Part shown: positions 42,926 to 58,164 of the stretch, piece after piece
How positions within the stretch are numbered: position 1 is the first letter of the stretch
How the letters are laid out: every line of letters begins with the position of its first letter
Source: Octopus vulgaris
Lineage: Eukaryota
NCBI GenBank assembly: GCA_951406725.2
Contig: OX597839.1
Span: forward strand, 6,882,001-6,946,000
Reading direction: 5' to 3'
DNA: 64,000 bases
Program-made: the position numbers and the translations under genes
Notes under the pieces: generated by a model
Seen by the model: only the letters and a program-made list of their open reading frames with translations
The model's database searches: none
Told to the model about the DNA's origin: nothing

Positions 42926-43446
42926 ATTTATATACATATACGTAGCGATAGAAATTTAAGTGTCATATGTAAGAAGAGAAACGTAAAGTTAAATTTACAA
43001 AGAGACGGAGAAGAGATGTGAGTTAAGTTAGAGGTTTTAACAACCGTCTAAGGGATATTTGGATCCATTGAATTAACTGATGTCTTATCTATATGTGAAT
43101 ATGAGTTTTAGTATTAATGCTCATAAATGATAGGTGAGAACAAGAATGAACCGAAGTTTATATATAAGGAAAATAAGAACATGGAGATAAAACTGATAAT
43201 TAATACACATCAATTATCATTTATTTATTATTAAAAATGAGAATATCTCATCTAACAGCTGTTTCTGTTAGCCATATTTACGGTATTATCAGGCTTAAGT
43301 ATTACAATAATAATATCATTATCATTATCGTTGTGTTTAGGAATGGTCATTTTGCCAGTTTAGCCAATAAAAACACACGAACTATTGATTTGGTGTTACT
43401 TTACTTCAACGTTATTTATTTTTTACATTAATCTTAATCTTATTTC

Positions 43447-43491
43447 GGCCAGAGATCTTTCGTCACACTCATGTGACCGCATCAGTGGTCC
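43447..43491 (-). ncRNA. Type-I hammerhead ribozyme with A9-to-C substitution (family HD)
   Basis: Minus strand GGACCA-CTGATGC-G-GTCACA-TGAG-TGTGAC-GAAA-GATC-TC-TGGCC; perfect 6-bp stem II, palindromic AGATCT stem III. Confidence 0.7.
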
Positions 43492-44637
43492 TTTGCTTTC
43501 TTCTTTCTTATTTGTGTGTCTCTCCTTACCAACGGTCAGCCATTTTGTATTTTGTATGTCTATTGTATGTGTCTTCATTTGCGCATGCGTATATCTCTAA
43601 ACATAGACGCACATATATATAGTGCGTGTGTTTTTATTGTCTAGACTGACAAAATGACCATTCCTAAATACAACAATATCTGTTTCAACACACGATTTTA
43701 CATCAAAAATCTTGCAAAACAAATATATAAATGTAATAATTATCGTTGTAAATAATTCATTATATCAACTTAAATAGTGGAACTTCATCAGAGCGGAAAA
43801 GTAAAGAAAAAGAAAAAAAACAAAGAGAAAGATTGAAAGTAAGGGTATACTAATTTATGTTACATTCTATCCTTGTAACATGCTCTCCCTATATCATGCT
43901 ATCCCTGTAACATGCTCTCCCTATCACTTGCAATCCCTGTAACATCAGCTGGTATATCCTCACTTTCTATTTTTCTCTTTCTTTCTTTTTTTCTTTTTCT
44001 TTACTTTTCCGATCTGATGAAGTTACACTAATTAAGTTGGTATAATTAATTATTTACAGTGATAATTATTACTATTATTTTTAATAATTAAGCCTGATAC
44101 AAATACAATTCAAATGATACATACACACACACACACACACAAACGCTCACACACTCTCACGCCTGACAAGGATGACACAGAAGACACGTAATCACTCAAG
44201 AACCCGGTTCTAATCGCACAAAGGACGCGCGTGTCACACAATTTGCTTGGTAATCCACTGACGTTAGTGTTAAAGGCAGGTTAGGGGTTCGGGGTACATA
44301 ATAGACTTATGCAACCCCACTGCGAAATTTACAAAAGTGTATTCATCATTTGTTATTGATCCACCATTAAAATTGTCCTAAACCGAAATCTAAGATTTTG
44401 GATTCTGCTGCCAGCGTCTGATAATTCCGCAGCAGCTCATACGTAGGATATCATGGGGGATATTGAAAACAAAAATCATAAACAAAAAAGTCTTAAATGG
44501 GTTGTCATTTTATCTAAAATCTACGTTGATCGAATGGACATGTGATCGAACAATCTCCAGCCATGCACAATCTCGACTTATATAACTGGTATCTAGAAAT
44601 ACCTTATCAAAAGTTTCATTAATGTTGTCAATATATG

Positions 44638-44707
<70 letters not shown>

Positions 44708-45335
44708 CATATATATATATATATAAATATACACACATATATATATATATATATATACATATATCTATATATATATAAATCTCTCTTTCTCCCTCTCCCT
44801 CTCTCTATATATATGCATATATATATATTTACATATAGGTAGATAGAAAGAAACATGAATATATACATGCACATAAATAATATATATAGATAGATATATA
44901 TACGTATATATATATATGTGTGTATATATATATATGTATGTATCTATCTATCTGTGTGTGTTTGTGTGTATGTATGTATGTATGTATGAGTGGGTGGGTG
45001 CTTCTGCGTGCGCGTGCAAAAAAGTTGAATGGCAAAGGAATAAACAATTATGCTATGAACTACATTAGCTTATAGGTGTTTCTCCCAAAATGCAAGCTGA
45101 ATGATTAAATATCACCCTATATCTTCATCGGAGCCTCATCTAAGATTCCACTGCCTTCCTTTTGCAGAAACAGCTGTTAGTTAACAGTTCATAACATGCT
45201 TATTTATTTCGTTCTCATTCTAAATTCTTATCAGTCGTCTGTCCACAACTGGCGCTTTGTTCTCAAGCATATGTATATCGCGTTCAAACCAGTAGATATT
45301 GACTGTATGTATATGTGTGAGTGTATGTGTGTGTA

Positions 45336-45501
<166 letters not shown>

Positions 45502-45729
45502 AAAATAAGGATAAAATCTTTATAAGAAATTATCAGTAGTTAGCGTGAAAAACTTCGTAAGAGAAAAAATCTGTAAATTTTTTCAACTTTGAAAATACTT
45601 ATTTATATTATATAGAGGGTACTATTATTCATAGGTACCGCACGCTAGGAGGGACTCTTGCAGTCAAAACTACTAAAATAAACAAATTGTACCGAATGCA
45701 AAACTTCAAAGCGAGTCATTTAAAAACGG

Positions 45730-45807
<78 letters not shown>

Positions 45808-45809
45808 CG

Positions 45810-45885
<76 letters not shown>

Positions 45886-46224
45886 CAGATAGACAGATAG
45901 ATAGATAGATACACACATGCATGTATATATACATACGAAAGTGTGTACATATATGTATCCTGTTAGCTAGCTATTTCTATAATACGTGTGTGTATATATG
46001 TGCCTAGGCGAGTGTGTAACTTTGATGTGTCAACCGCACTACTTAGCACCGTGTGTTGGTTTGTTTACGCACCTGTAACTTAGCGCTCCGCCAAAAGAAG
46101 AATAGAATAGTTAACATGCATTAAACTAATAAATTGAGGCCGAACTTTTCAACTAAGATCCTGCATTGCTGCAGTCCAAATAAACAAATAAGCTGACATA
46201 CATACATGTGTACTAATAAGCATA

Positions 46225-46510
46225 CCTATGTACGTACGTATGTATGTATGTATGTATGTATGTATGTATGTATGTATGTATGTATGTATGTATGTATGTA
46301 TGTATGTATGTATGTATGTATGTGTGCATGTATGTATGTACGTACGTATGTATGTATGTAAGTATGAATATATGTATGTATGTATGTATGTACGTATGTA
46401 CGTATGTATGTATGTATGTACGTATGTACGTATGTATGTACGTATGTATGTATGTATGTATGTATGTACGTATGTATGTAAATATGAATGTATGTATGTA
46501 TGTATGTACG

Positions 46511-46544
<34 letters not shown>

Positions 46545-46862
46545 TGTATGTACGTACGTATGTATGTATGTATGTATGTATGTATGTACGTACGTATGTA
46601 TGTATGTACGTATGTCTGTATTATGTATGTATGTATGTGTTGGTATGTATATATGTGAAATGTGAGAATAGATGTTTATTCCATTAGCTATGTATGTGTG
46701 TATGCATGCATGAATGTATGTATGTATGTATGTATGTATGTATGTATGCATGTATGTATGTATGTACGTATGTATATATGTATGTATATATGTATGTATG
46801 TATGTATGTATGCATTTATGTATATATATGTATGTATGTATGCATGTATGTATGTATATATG

Positions 46863-46896
<34 letters not shown>

Positions 46897-46930
46897 TGTA
46901 TGTATGTATGTATGTATGCATGAACGTATG
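46225..46930. repeat. (TATG)n microsatellite with TACG variants
   Basis: Direct reading. Confidence 0.95.
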
Positions 46931-48118
46931 TAATGAGGGTTGAGACGCTTCTGTCGTAGCCGTCGTCGGTGTTGTTGTTGTTGTTGTTGTTGTCGTTGCT
47001 GCTAGCTGTTGAGATATTTGTGTCGATGGTGCAGCCACCAACACCAACATCGCCAAACGTAAATACAAAAGAAAAAAAAATAACCAAAACACAAAAACAA
47101 AATATAAAATTGTATCACTAAGAAGAAAAAACAACAAATAAAAAACCACACAGAAAATGAGACCAAAGAAAAAAATTTAAAATATAACGAAGCAGTAACA
47201 CATAGACGCACAGACAGAATACAGAACAGACAGACATACGCACACAGTTATTTGTACCGAAACCGAGCATAAACATCAACATCAATAAGAGAAATAACAA
47301 TAGAAAATTTAGGACGAGTTTCCGTATTGTACATATTATTGTTGTTATTGTCGTTGTTGTTGTTGAGTAGTGGTGGTGGCGGTGAGGGGAGCAGTGGTGG
47401 TTATAAATATGTGTGTATGGAGCGGTTAGGGACAGGGAACGAAGGGTAACTAGTAGAAAATTTTCTGCTTCATTTTTTTTCCTTTCTCTCTCACGCACTC
47501 TCAGCCCTTCCCTCATCACTGTAAATTCCCCCTTTTTGTACAACTCTCTTTCCCTCCCCGTCTTTCTTTCTCTCTCTCTATCTCTTTGGTTCTTTCTTTC
47601 TCTCTCTCTCTCTCTTTTTCTCTTTCTTTGTTTCTCTCTCTCTCTCTCTTTTTCTCTTTCTTTGTTTCTCTCTCCTTTTGTCATTTGACTGAAGGTGATT
47701 TCGTAGTAATTGTGTCACAGTTTCAAGATGGCCGATGAAAATGAGGACACTCACGCTCGTGTGTGCATGTATGCACATATATTCAGACACACATACACAC
47801 AAACTTTCCTCTACGCACACATACCATCTCTCCAGCCCATATCCGAATACTCACATGCTAACGCTAACAAACATATATACATAGATGCATACTCACATAC
47901 ACACATAGGTACGTACATACATACATACATACATACATACATACATACATGCATGCATGCATGCATATATTGTTTACATATGCATGTGTTTCTATCTATC
48001 TATCCCCCCTATCTCTCTCTCTCTATATATATATATACCTCTCATCTATCCATCTATCAATCTCTTTTTCTATCTCTCTTTCCATCTATCTATTTTTCTA
48101 CCTATATCTATCTATCCT

Positions 48119-48238
<120 letters not shown>

Positions 48239-48396
48239 CATACATACATACACACATACACATATAAATATGATCTCTTCCCCTCCTCTAAGTATATATA
48301 TATATATACATTTACACAAAATAAAGACATACACATACACACGCACGTCTATTTATGTGTGTAATCTATTTACGCGTGTAAATACAGATACACAAA

Positions 48397-48450
<54 letters not shown>

Positions 48451-49040
48451 CATGTATGTATGTATGTTTTTCACATATACTCGTGCATGTGTACGTAAGT
48501 ACGTACAGATATGTGTGTCAGTCGGATCGCAAGGAATCCCCACTCAAAACAGGTCATGATCCTGAGGGCCTATTCCGTTCAATTCTCCAGATCATGCGTA
48601 GGTGCGATCGTGTTCGGTTATGTGAATGGCTGCCTGCATGTATAAAAATACTTACGCACGCCCCTGTATGCCTATGCACATAGGCGTGTGTATATATGTG
48701 TGTATATATGTGTGTGCTAGTGTGCTCGCATAAAAATATATGTATCGATATGGGTATTTTTATTCGTCAGGAAACTGAAGTATGTGAATGTTTTCGTTTA
48801 TGTGCGTGTGTGACCTAATGTCATTTCGTTTGTGAAGATGACTACGTATTTACGTGCATTTAGCATGTTTGGATGTGTATGTATATGAAGCTGTATGCCC
48901 TTATACGTTTGTTTTCTGTAAATATATCTGAATGTGTGTTCATAATTTATTTGTTGACATTGAGGTCGTCGTTGTTGTTGATGTTGTTTTGAGTCTGTGG
49001 TATGCGTTCGAGTCTAAATTTGAACGTGTTTATCTATCTG

Positions 49041-49179
<139 letters not shown>

Positions 49180-49196
49180 TATATATATATATATAT

Positions 49197-49410
49197 ACTC
49201 TACTCTTTACTCTTTTACTTGTTTCAGTTATTTGACTGCGGCTATACTGGAGCACCGCCTTTAGTCGAGAAAATTGACCCCAGGACTTATACTTTGTAAG
49301 CCTGGTACTTATTCTATCGGTTTCTTTTGCCGAAACGCTAAGTGACGGGGACGTAAACAAACCAGCATCGGTTATCAAGCGATGTTGGGGAGACAAACAT
49401 ACACACAGAA

Positions 49411-49467
<57 letters not shown>

Positions 49468-49642
49468 CATCATGTACATATATACGACGGGCTTCTTTCA
49501 GTTTCCGTCTACCAAATCCACTCACAAAGCTTTGGTCGGCCCGAGGCTATATTAGAAGACATTTGCCCAAGGTGGAACGCATTGGGACTGAACCCAAAAC
49601 CATGTAGTTGGTAAGCAAGCTACCTGCCACACAGCCACTCCT
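49197..49642 (-). mobile_element. SINE family A, full length
   Basis: Homology. Confidence 0.92.
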
Positions 49643-50370
49643 ATATATATATATTATAAATTTGTATAAATAAGGATAAGATCGTTATTTAAAATACTGA
49701 TCATATGAAGTGGCTAGCATGGGAATAAAAACGTCATAGCTAATAATTATTATTAAAAATTATTAAAATCATAATTAAGGGTATCTAAAATTTACCATCA
49801 TGCTAGATATAGCAGTCAAAACTTGACTCTAAAACCACATCAAATATTCACTCAGCACCAGGAGGGAAGACAGAGACAAATTAATTAGCAAAATATTATT
49901 GGATAATTCTAAATACCGGACTTCTGGCTTTGTGCAAGAAATGCTTTTCCTCATCAGTGGAATATACACAAAATAGCACATTAATACAAATATATATATA
50001 TACAACATACGAATACATACATATACGCACGTATACATTATATTCACTATTAATATATAGCACGTGGAATTTAGGCGGGCATTTTAAACTGGTCGTGTGC
50101 ATATGCGCAGGTATGTATGTATATGTCGGTTGAAAAAGGTTCAAGAATCTATAGAACTCAAAAGTAGTAGTTGAAAATTGAAGAAGAAATAACACGGAAG
50201 TTTATTTAAAGATTTCTTTGTTATATTCAGTAACTTTTATAAAATATTACTGGTATGTCTCTCTTGCCAAATATAGAAAAGTCAAAGATGAGAAAATACG
50301 AAAGTATTGTAAATTATATGTTGTTTTCTCTCACATTTTGCTTGCAGATAAGCACATGTTTGGAATTTCC

Positions 50371-50443
<73 letters not shown>

Positions 50444-51397
50444 TTATATATACATACATATATATACTTATACATATATATATACTTATATATACATATA
50501 TATACACATATATATATATATATACATATATACATACATATATATATATACGCATACACACATACACATACTCTTGTATGTGTTCCAGTTTTCCACTGCG
50601 GCCATGCTGGAGCACCACCTTCAAGGGTTTAAGTTGAACACATCGACACCGGGTCTTATTTCTGAAGCCTATTTTAGCGGACTCTTTTGTTGAACAGCTA
50701 AACCGGAAGAATGTGGTTGTGAATCAAGTTTCCTACCACACAGTCACACCTGCGCCTTATACACACACACACACACATGCACACACACACACACACACAC
50801 ATGCATGCATGCATACACACACATACATGCATACACACACACACATATATATAGAGAATGTTTTTGCATATATGTACACTTATAACTACATATACAGTTG
50901 CACACACACACACAGGCACACACTCACGCACACAGACACACAAACACAGACGCATGCGCATTTGGCTTCTGCCATCTTACACTGCGCAAGCTGTGACACC
51001 TCACAGCTCTAACGACGTCAAAAACAGACTCAGTGAACTTGACCCCACCACACGAGGCCTGTTACCTTAGACCTCATTTCCCTGTACACACACCATCGTA
51101 TTTTGTCTCGCAGCAGTCAAACTAATGACTCGGCCTCATAATTTCTTGCGGGCTTTTCTTGCTTCGGTTTCATGTTTTTGTACTCCTGACCTTTCTTCTG
51201 AATAACGTCTTTCATTTTGGGGACTCCACACATTAACAGATCGGGAGAAGCAATGAGGTCAAATCTATCAGGTTTTTACTAACCATTGCATATATAAACA
51301 CCAAATAATGCTTTGAGCGTTTAACACTTGGTGCTCTCATCTCTGTTCCTCCAGCTCTATAATTGACATCCTCACGCTATCTTCACACGTAAAGGCA

Positions 51398-51435
<38 letters not shown>

Positions 51436-51555
51436 AATTTATGTCAACAGCGTCAGAGACTTCGACATGGAACGTTTCAATAACACCTGACCTTCCTCTC
51501 TCGTTTGCCTTCTTTCCTCTTGTTTGTTTGTCTGTCTGTAAATATATTTACTAAT

Positions 51556-51651
<96 letters not shown>

Positions 51652-51654
51652 AAA

Positions 51655-51703
<49 letters not shown>

Positions 51704-51874
51704 TTATATATGTTTATATATATTGAATTAATCCAGTAATATCTTTTTGCTAGAATATTTTGTCTCTCTGTCTTATCTCGTGGTGCGATATGAACATTTT
51801 AGGTAGTTTTTAGAGTCAGGATTTTGACTGCTATTTCGGCATGGTGGTGTCTCTCAGATACCCTTATTCATTGT

Positions 51875-51921
<47 letters not shown>

Positions 51922-52211
51922 CTGTCTGTCTGTCAGTCTGCTTGTTTATCTGTTTTTCTGTCTGTCTGTCTATCTTTCTATCTTTTTACCTGCCTATATA
52001 TCTATGTATTTATCGATTTATCTCTCTGCCAGTCTGTATCTTTGCCTGTCTGTCTGTCTATCTATCAACCTATCTATCTTTCTATCTTTCTAGTTACCTA
52101 CCTACTATCTATATACCCACCTACTTACCTTCCTACCTACTGTCTATATACCTACTTACCCACCTACCTACCTACCTACCCACCTATCTACCCACCTATC
52201 TACCTATCCAC

Positions 52212-52300
<89 letters not shown>

Positions 52301-52355
52301 GCACTGTCTTTTTCTTTGCTTCAATTCCAACTTAATATTGGAAAAAAGATTCATT

Positions 52356-53215
52356 AGGCGCAGGAGTGGCTACGTGGTAAGTAGTTTGCTTACCAACCAC
52401 ATAGTCCCGGGTTCAGTCCCACTGCGTAGCACCTTGGGCAAGTATCTTCTACTATAGCCTCGAGCCGACCAAACCTTGTGAGTGGATTTGGTAGACGGAA
52501 ACTGGAAGAAGCCCGTCGTATATATATATCACTTCACTTGATCACTTTGACCGATAAGTCCGTCATGCGTCCATTTGACACCGCTGGTCACAGCTCGCTG
52601 TCCACCCCTCTCTGGATCGCGCCTTTCTCATCCACGTGATCCCAATCGTCCTCCTGAAATCGTAACTCCACCTTCGTGGAGGTCTTCCGGGTGGTCTTTT
52701 CCGCTCACGCGGGTACCACTCGACAACTGCGTGCGTCCACCGATTATCGGTGAGCCGGGCGACATGTCCAGCCCATCTATACTTGCTGCGAGTATACTCT
52801 GCGATGACATCTCTCACGCTGGACTTCTTTCTGATGATCTTGCTACTTATGTGCTTTGTCAACGAGATACCAAGCATTGACCTTTCCATGGCTCTTTGAG
52901 CCGTTACCAGTCTTTGCTCTTCTCTCTTTGTGGTAGCCCATGTTTCACTACCATATAACATTGCAGGCAGAACTGCACTCTTAATGAGGTTGGCGCGGGT
53001 GGTCCTATCCAACCTTCCCTTGAGCACATCCTTTATGCTTTTGAACGCCTTCCATCCGGCCCTTACTCTCCGTGAGATCTCCTTTTTGATATCCCGCATG
53101 ATATCATGCGGTCAGACAATGTACCAACAGGTCGAATGGTGATCGGCAGTGATGAAATAGAGGAGGTGAGGGAATATGTCTACCTGGGACAGGAAGTAAA
53201 TATGTACCGGGATAT

Positions 53216-53284
<69 letters not shown>

Positions 53285-53503
53285 ACGTGTGTGTGTATAT
53301 ATTTGTGTGTCTGTGTTAATCCCCCCAGCATCGCTTGACAACTGATGCTTGAGTGTTTACGTCTTCTCAACTTAGCGGTTCGGCAAAAGAAACCGATAGA
53401 ATAAGTTCTAGGCTTACAAAGAATAAGCTCTGGGATCGATTTGCTCGACTATAAAGGTGGTGGTCCAGCATGGCCTCAGTCAAATGTTTGAAACAAGTAA
53501 AAA
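52356..53503 (+). mobile_element. SINE family A split at its internal (TA)n by an RTE LINE
   Basis: 5' half 52356-52528; 3' half ~53290-53503. Confidence 0.9.
52529..53219 (-). mobile_element. RTE-clade LINE 3' end with inverted 5' segment
   Basis: Minus ORF EISRRVRAGWKAF...VLPAMLYGSETWA...QRAMERSMLG...WAGHVARL.DNRWT..VEWYPR; the upstream motif IEEVREYVYLGQ lies on the plus strand (53106-53219). Confidence 0.93.
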
Positions 53504-53509
53504 TGTCAT

Positions 53510-53750
53510 TATGCTCTGGGATTTCCCAGTCAACACCAACAGAACGATCCAGGCTAATCGACCAGACATTATTATTAAAATACTTGTAGATTAATAGATG
53601 TAAGTGTTCCCACTGATAAAAATATATTTATAAAGGAATTTGACAAATTAAGTAAATATAAGTACCTGGAATTTGAAATACAAAATATGTGACATCTTAA
53701 AGTGAGAACTGTTCCTGTTATTATGAGTGCCCTAGGTATCATTAGGGATG
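53510..53750 (+). mobile_element. R4/Dong-type non-LTR restriction-like endonuclease fragment
   Basis: LWDFPVNTNRTIQANRPDIII..CRLIDVSVPTDKN...KEFDKLSKY..LEFEI..M*HLK..TVPVIMSALG. Confidence 0.8.
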
Positions 53751-53764
53751 TCAGGAACATCACG

Positions 53765-53915
53765 ATAATATTCTAGGACAGAGAAGAATTCTTGCAGTTC
53801 CACGCAATGCTGATTTTTGTAAGTGTTCTACTTTTAAATCTGCAGCAATCTTTTTTTTGTCATGTTGGTAGCTGAGTGCCGATACCTCCAAGTGCGCGGA
53901 TATCTATTGGTACCA
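53765..53915 (-). mobile_element. Second R4/Dong-type C-terminal fragment
   Basis: VPIDIRALGG...VEHLQKSALRGTARIL. Confidence 0.65.
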
Positions 53916-54006
53916 TGTCTTTAAGGGGTGTTACCTTAGTTCACTGGTAGGGAACAGCTGGCACCGTAGAACATCTCCAGCGTTAGAAGCCGTGCAGACA
54001 ATAAAC

Positions 54007-54043
<37 letters not shown>

Positions 54044-54044
54044 A

Positions 54045-54425
54045 GCCTGCGAAGTGGCAGAATTGTTAGCATTACGGATAAAATGGTGAGCAGCATTTCG
54101 ACCGTCCTAACGTACTGGAATCAAATTCCACCCAGGTCGAGTTTGTCTTTGTTCCTTTTGGGATCGATAAAATAAGTACTAGTGGAGTACTGGGGTCGAT
54201 GTAATCGACTGTACCTCTCCCCCAAAATTTCAAACCTTGTGCCTATAGTAGAAAGGATTATTAATTTAATTATGGCGGCGAGCTGACAGAATCTTACCCA
54301 CGCCGGACATAATGCTTTATGGCACTTCCTCTGGCTTTACATTGTGAGTTCAAAGGCCACCGATGTCCGCTTTTTCCTTCCTTTCGGGGTCAATAAAATA
54401 AATACTAGTAGAGCACTGGGGTTTA
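54045..54425 (+). mobile_element. Two degenerate SINE family B copies
   Basis: Homology. Confidence 0.75.
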
Positions 54426-55407
54426 TTGTTAATAACTAGTCTTTAATAATAAACCCTCGTGTTTCAAGCATTATATTTGTTATAAAAATATTATCGTTTC
54501 TATTTGCTTCAGGTCAAAAAACTTTCGTTGTTCATGAATAATGTGTATACGTAAATAAATGTAGGTTATGTAGATGTGTATGTACGTATATGTATACATG
54601 TATGAATGTCTCTTTATGTATATACATATATATGCCTATGCATGTATATGTGTGCGTGTAGCGGTGTGCTCATCGACATCTTTAAATGAGGACATGCACA
54701 GATGCATGGTAATTGCGATTGTGTACACAAGACTATACCTTAATATGTGTGATCAACCACAATATTTTTTTATCGCGTGTGAACGTACGAATGTGCACAT
54801 ACGAGAGTATTTCAAATATGGTGCATGTGTATATAAGTGGTGTGTGTGTGTTTACGTTTGATGTCTGTAGTAAAGTGTGTACTAATGTGGTATGTTTCTC
54901 TGTGTGTGTCGATCGCATGTCTTGCACATTTTAATCAATGCACGCATGTGTGTTTTGTAGGTCTATTTGTGTAAGTCAATACATGTTAGTTGTGTATGCA
55001 TATATGTATGTATATGTATATATATATATATATATCCATATCTATTTATATATATATACATACATATGTACATACATATATACATGTATATATATGTATA
55101 TTTTTCTTTATATCTCTGTCTATCTCTATATATATACATGTGCATATGTGTGTAAGTATATATATATATGTATGTATATGTATATGTATATATATATATA
55201 CGTATGTATATGTATATATATATATGCACATACATACATATAGACACATTATACATATAGAAATGCATATATGTATACATACACATATATATACATACAA
55301 ATACATACCTATTTATATGTATATATGTATATATATATATACATATATATACATGTATATGTGTGTGTTTGTATGTGTGTGTGTGTATATGCATATGTTT
55401 ATAGGTA

Positions 55408-55446
<39 letters not shown>

Positions 55447-55630
55447 ATACATAATGCATACACGTGCATACTTAAAGACATACATACATAAGCCAATGCA
55501 TATATGAGGTGTATACATGTATGCGTATGATCTTTTTGTGAGTCATACGTAAAGGTATGTATACATGCTGCTTTCGAAAAATGTGGAATGTTGTTGACTG
55601 CAAGACAGCAGCAAATACCACCATCATTGT

Positions 55631-55688
<58 letters not shown>

Positions 55689-55722
55689 GCTACTACTACT
55701 ACTGCTACTGCTGCTGCTGCTG

Positions 55723-55765
<43 letters not shown>

Positions 55766-56018
55766 AACTACTACTCCTACTACTACTACCACTACTACTA
55801 CTAATTGCTGTCTGTCACAAAAGTAACGACGGCAAAGTATCTATAATGGTAAGTGTATACAAAATTCTATTGTAGTCATACAGTCATACACATGCAGGTA
55901 CACACAGTGTTGTGTATGTGTAAAGGGCTGTCAACTGTATGTGTATATATTAAATAAATGTGCATGCGGCTGACACACTCTCACACGCACACGTACGTAT
56001 ATACATACATACATACAT

Positions 56019-56080
<62 letters not shown>

Positions 56081-56325
56081 TTCTTTATTGCCCACAAGGG
56101 GCTAAACATAGAGGGGACAAACAAAGACAGACAAAGGGATTAAGACGATTACATCGATCCCAGTGCGTAATTGGTACTTTATTTATCGACTCCGAAAGTA
56201 TTTTGGAAGAATCTTAAGAAATATTCCTCAGATGTGGGAAATCTTGTTGTCATCAAACGTCAAGACAACATAACTGCTAACCAATAAAGTATGTAATTGT
56301 GCCAAGGTAGTAGTAGTAATAGTAA

Positions 56326-56381
<56 letters not shown>

Positions 56382-56438
56382 ATGATGATGATAATGATGA
56401 TGATGATGATAATAATAATAATAATAATGATGATGATG

Positions 56439-56512
<74 letters not shown>

Positions 56513-57150
56513 TCTTTCTACTATAGGCAGAAGGCCCGAAATTTGAGGGTAGGGGGATTAGTTGATTAGTGGGTCTCAGATATATTGTGCAAATGGCCTT
56601 GAGATGGTAATTGCTTTACAAAGTTTGTACTGCATAGTATTAAAGCCAAAGTGATGAACAGCGACGTACAGTTGCAACATTTAAAAGGCGATTCTATTAA
56701 CATAAACATTCATTTGTCAATCTCCAACAGAAATTTGCCAGGACCTTGTCAAATTTATTATGATTGATATATGAGAAAATTTGCACGAAGTTTACATTAC
56801 TCGGTTATAGAGAAGGAGTATTCTTAGAACGAACTCTGAATTCAGAAACAGTGTCTCTGTTTATGTCCTATAAATTAGCAATGCGACTAATAAATATTTT
56901 GATAATATTTATCTTGTCTCAGTCATTAAACTGTGGCCATGGTAGGGCACCACCTTGAAGAATTTTGAGTCGAATAACTTGAAACCAGTACTTATTCTCT
57001 CGGTTCTTTTTGATTAACCGCTAAGCATCGGAGACATAAACACACCAGTACTGGTGGTCGAGCGGTGGTAGCAGCAGACACAGACACAAAAGCGCTCACA
57101 CAGACAGACACACACATATATAATGTGTGTTTATACGTTTATACATATAC

Positions 57151-57206
<56 letters not shown>

Positions 57207-57265
57207 ATGGTATTATTAAAATACCATCACAAGTGGTAAGCGAATTATTAGCCGTACAGGCAAAT

Positions 57266-57395
57266 TAATAAAATATATACATATAATATTAGATATGTAC
57301 ATATATACACAAGGGTACTACATGAGTATTAGATATGTACTCATGTAGTACCCTTGTGTGTATATGTACATATCTAATATTGTATGTATATATTT

Positions 57396-57400
<5 letters not shown>
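57266..57400. repeat. Near-perfect 63-bp-arm hairpin
   Basis: Arms 57266-57328 and 57338-57400, 9-nt loop, two T.G mismatches. Confidence 0.95.
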
Positions 57401-57451
<51 letters not shown>

Positions 57452-57454
<3 letters not shown>

Positions 57455-57670
57455 GTTAATCCAAACAAGAATACAAAAACAAAAAAAACAACAACGCAAG
57501 GACGTGGAACAAATAAAGTATTATTGGACGCTCAGGAAAGAAGGGAAGAAGGAGGGTTTGACGTTTCGAGCGGAGCTCTTCGTCGGAAACATAGGAGAAG
57601 GAAAAAAGATCCCGAGAAGAGAAGACAGGGGAAAAAAATTGCTAGTGGTACAGACGAGGTCACATACTGG
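57452..57670 (-). mobile_element. Family HA element with hammerhead at 57556-57590
   Basis: Reverse complement of 20682-20893. Confidence 0.85.
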
Positions 57671-57746
<76 letters not shown>

Positions 57747-58164
57747 TTGCACACACACACACACATACACACACATACATTTACAACAGGCGTTTTCAGT
57801 TTCCGTCTACCAAATCTACTCACAAGGCTTTGGTTGGACGAAGCCATAGCAGAAGACACTTGCCCAAGGTGCCACACAGTAGGACTGAACCCCTGAATCA
57901 TGTGGTTGGGGAGCAAACTTCACTCATCCACGTCCGCACCGATATGTGGAATTAAAAACTAAATTCAAATATTGAGGTAGATATAATCGACTAAAACCCC
58001 ACTTAAGGGATGCCCCAGTATGGCCGCGTTCCAGTAACTGAAACAAACGATTTACAAGAGTAAATAGCGAACGAAGACAAGATGGGGGTGGGGGAAACAG
58101 AAAGTGCGAAAGAGAAACATACTAGCGGAAAGAAATCGATAAAGGAACGATGTAAAGGAACGAT

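Noticed and set aside
44010-44030. CTGATGA motif (mirrored near 43785; also at 748)
   Set aside because: No downstream stem II plus GAAA.
48520-48640. Plus-strand frame containing LFRSILQIMR, similar to LRSLLQVMR in the putative gene
   Set aside because: Too short to distinguish from chance.
51117-51264. Short minus-strand frame FDLIASPDLLMCGVPKMKDV...ESLV*
   Set aside because: Weak acceptor, no partner exon and no recognisable homology.
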